A stretch of DNA of 55,519 nt, from positions 1 through 55,519 of the IMG/VR virus record IMGVR_UViG_3300037320_000070; one strand, given 5' to 3'. The DNA comes from a virus. Taxonomy: Duplodnaviria > Caudoviricetes. Both the position numbers and the translations under genes were made by a program. Position 1 is the first letter of the stretch, and the number at the start of each line of letters is the position of its first letter. The notes under the pieces are model-generated. The model had not been told where the DNA came from. It ran no database searches and worked only from the letters and a program-made list of their open reading frames with translations. Below are positions 55,014-55,519 of this stretch, one piece after another.

Positions 55014-55041
55014 TTGACGGCATAACTGAGTATGCTATCAT
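55014..55041 (+). promoter_or_regulatory. sigma70-type promoter for the downstream RNA cluster
   Basis: TTGACG...TGC-TATCAT; shares TAGGTACTCA downstream with the 54583 promoter. Confidence 0.65.
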
Positions 55042-55059
55042 AGGTACTCAATAAAGAAG

Positions 55060-55330
55060 TCGCGGTGTATAGCATATGCTCCACTTACGATTATAAGCGT
55101 GATGTTAAAGACAAAAACTTATGGTGTCTGAATCTAATGCGTAATAGGGATCTGGTGATAAAAAGTTGATAGGTGAACTTACGAAAATCAAAAAGTAGAT
55201 TGGGTTGGGGTGACTAGATATCGAGTATAAAGCCAAATAAATCTAAATTGGTGAATCAGGACACTGAGAATGCTATTATAAGGTTGACAAATTGGAAAGA
55301 CTTTTTGACTGTTAGGAAAGACTAACACAA
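55060..55330 (+). ncRNA. Candidate structured non-coding RNA
   Basis: No ORF in the track; long-range pairings ATAGCAT/ATGCTAT, GGTGTC-TGA/TCA-G-GACACT, AATCTA/TAGATT; TGTTAG-GAAAGA-CTAACA hairpin. Confidence 0.4.
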
Positions 55331-55332
55331 AT

Positions 55333-55459
55333 CGCGGGGTAGCTCAGTTTGGTCAGAGCGTCCTTTTAGCATCGGTCAGGGTTTCTAGATCTCTTTCGCT
55401 GACGAGCAACGATGTGAACATAAGGAAAGTCGGTAGTTCGAATCTGCCCCCCGTGACCA
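55333..55459 (+). ncRNA. tRNA-like RNA (127 nt, encoded CCA) with a 56-nt structured insert replacing the anticodon loop
   Basis: Acceptor CGCGGGG/CCCCGTG+A-CCA; D-arm GCTC-AGTTTGGTCA-GAGC; stem TCCTT/AAGGA; T-arm GGTAG-TTCGAAT-CTGCC. Confidence 0.85.
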
Positions 55460-55519
55460 TTTTTTTGTAAGTTTTATTAGTTGTTGGTGTTTGATGTAAT
55501 ATTTTAAGCGCCAACACCT

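Noticed and set aside
55333-55459. Ordinary tRNA-Met(CAT), amber suppressor or tRNA-Sec
   Set aside because: CAT directly abuts the 3' stem strand, the CTA-containing loop lacks a proper 5-bp stem, and the extra sequence is in the anticodon arm rather than the variable arm.

Overview
AT-rich, gene-dense 55.5 kb segment of a T4-like (Straboviridae-type) myophage. The host is probably a marine gammaproteobacterium, inferred from a Vibrio/Alteromonas-type ThyA and a PEP-CTERM protein. Recognisable T4 core genes: primase gp61, dCTPase/dUTPase gp56, DexA, dNMP kinase, topoisomerase II (fused gp39/60 and gp52), AsiA, RNase H, DsbA, gp33, gp59, gp32, NrdA/NrdB, dCMP deaminase, 31.1, gp31, Td, 30.2 and RNA ligase 1. 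Accessory genes lie between them, driven by repeated sigma70-type promoter/leader cassettes or TATAAATA late promoters. Strongest candidates for new biology: (1) a late operon of four nucleotide-processing enzymes (Acb1/57B-like 2H phosphodiesterase, ParB/Srx-like, HAD nucleotidase, P-loop kinase), each starting with a T4-type capsid-targeting sequence, i.e. a possible virion-delivered counter-defence or RNA-repair kit; (2) a thymidylate synthase with a ~280-aa HNH-type endonuclease inserted in frame and no visible intein or intron signature; (3) a late-expressed phage protein with a PEP-CTERM exosortase signal; (4) a 127-nt tRNA-like RNA whose anticodon loop is replaced by a 56-nt structured insert; (5) a glutaredoxin-NrdA fusion; (6) apparent genome-wide GCWGC avoidance. 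All homology calls come from motif recognition by eye; no database searches were run.
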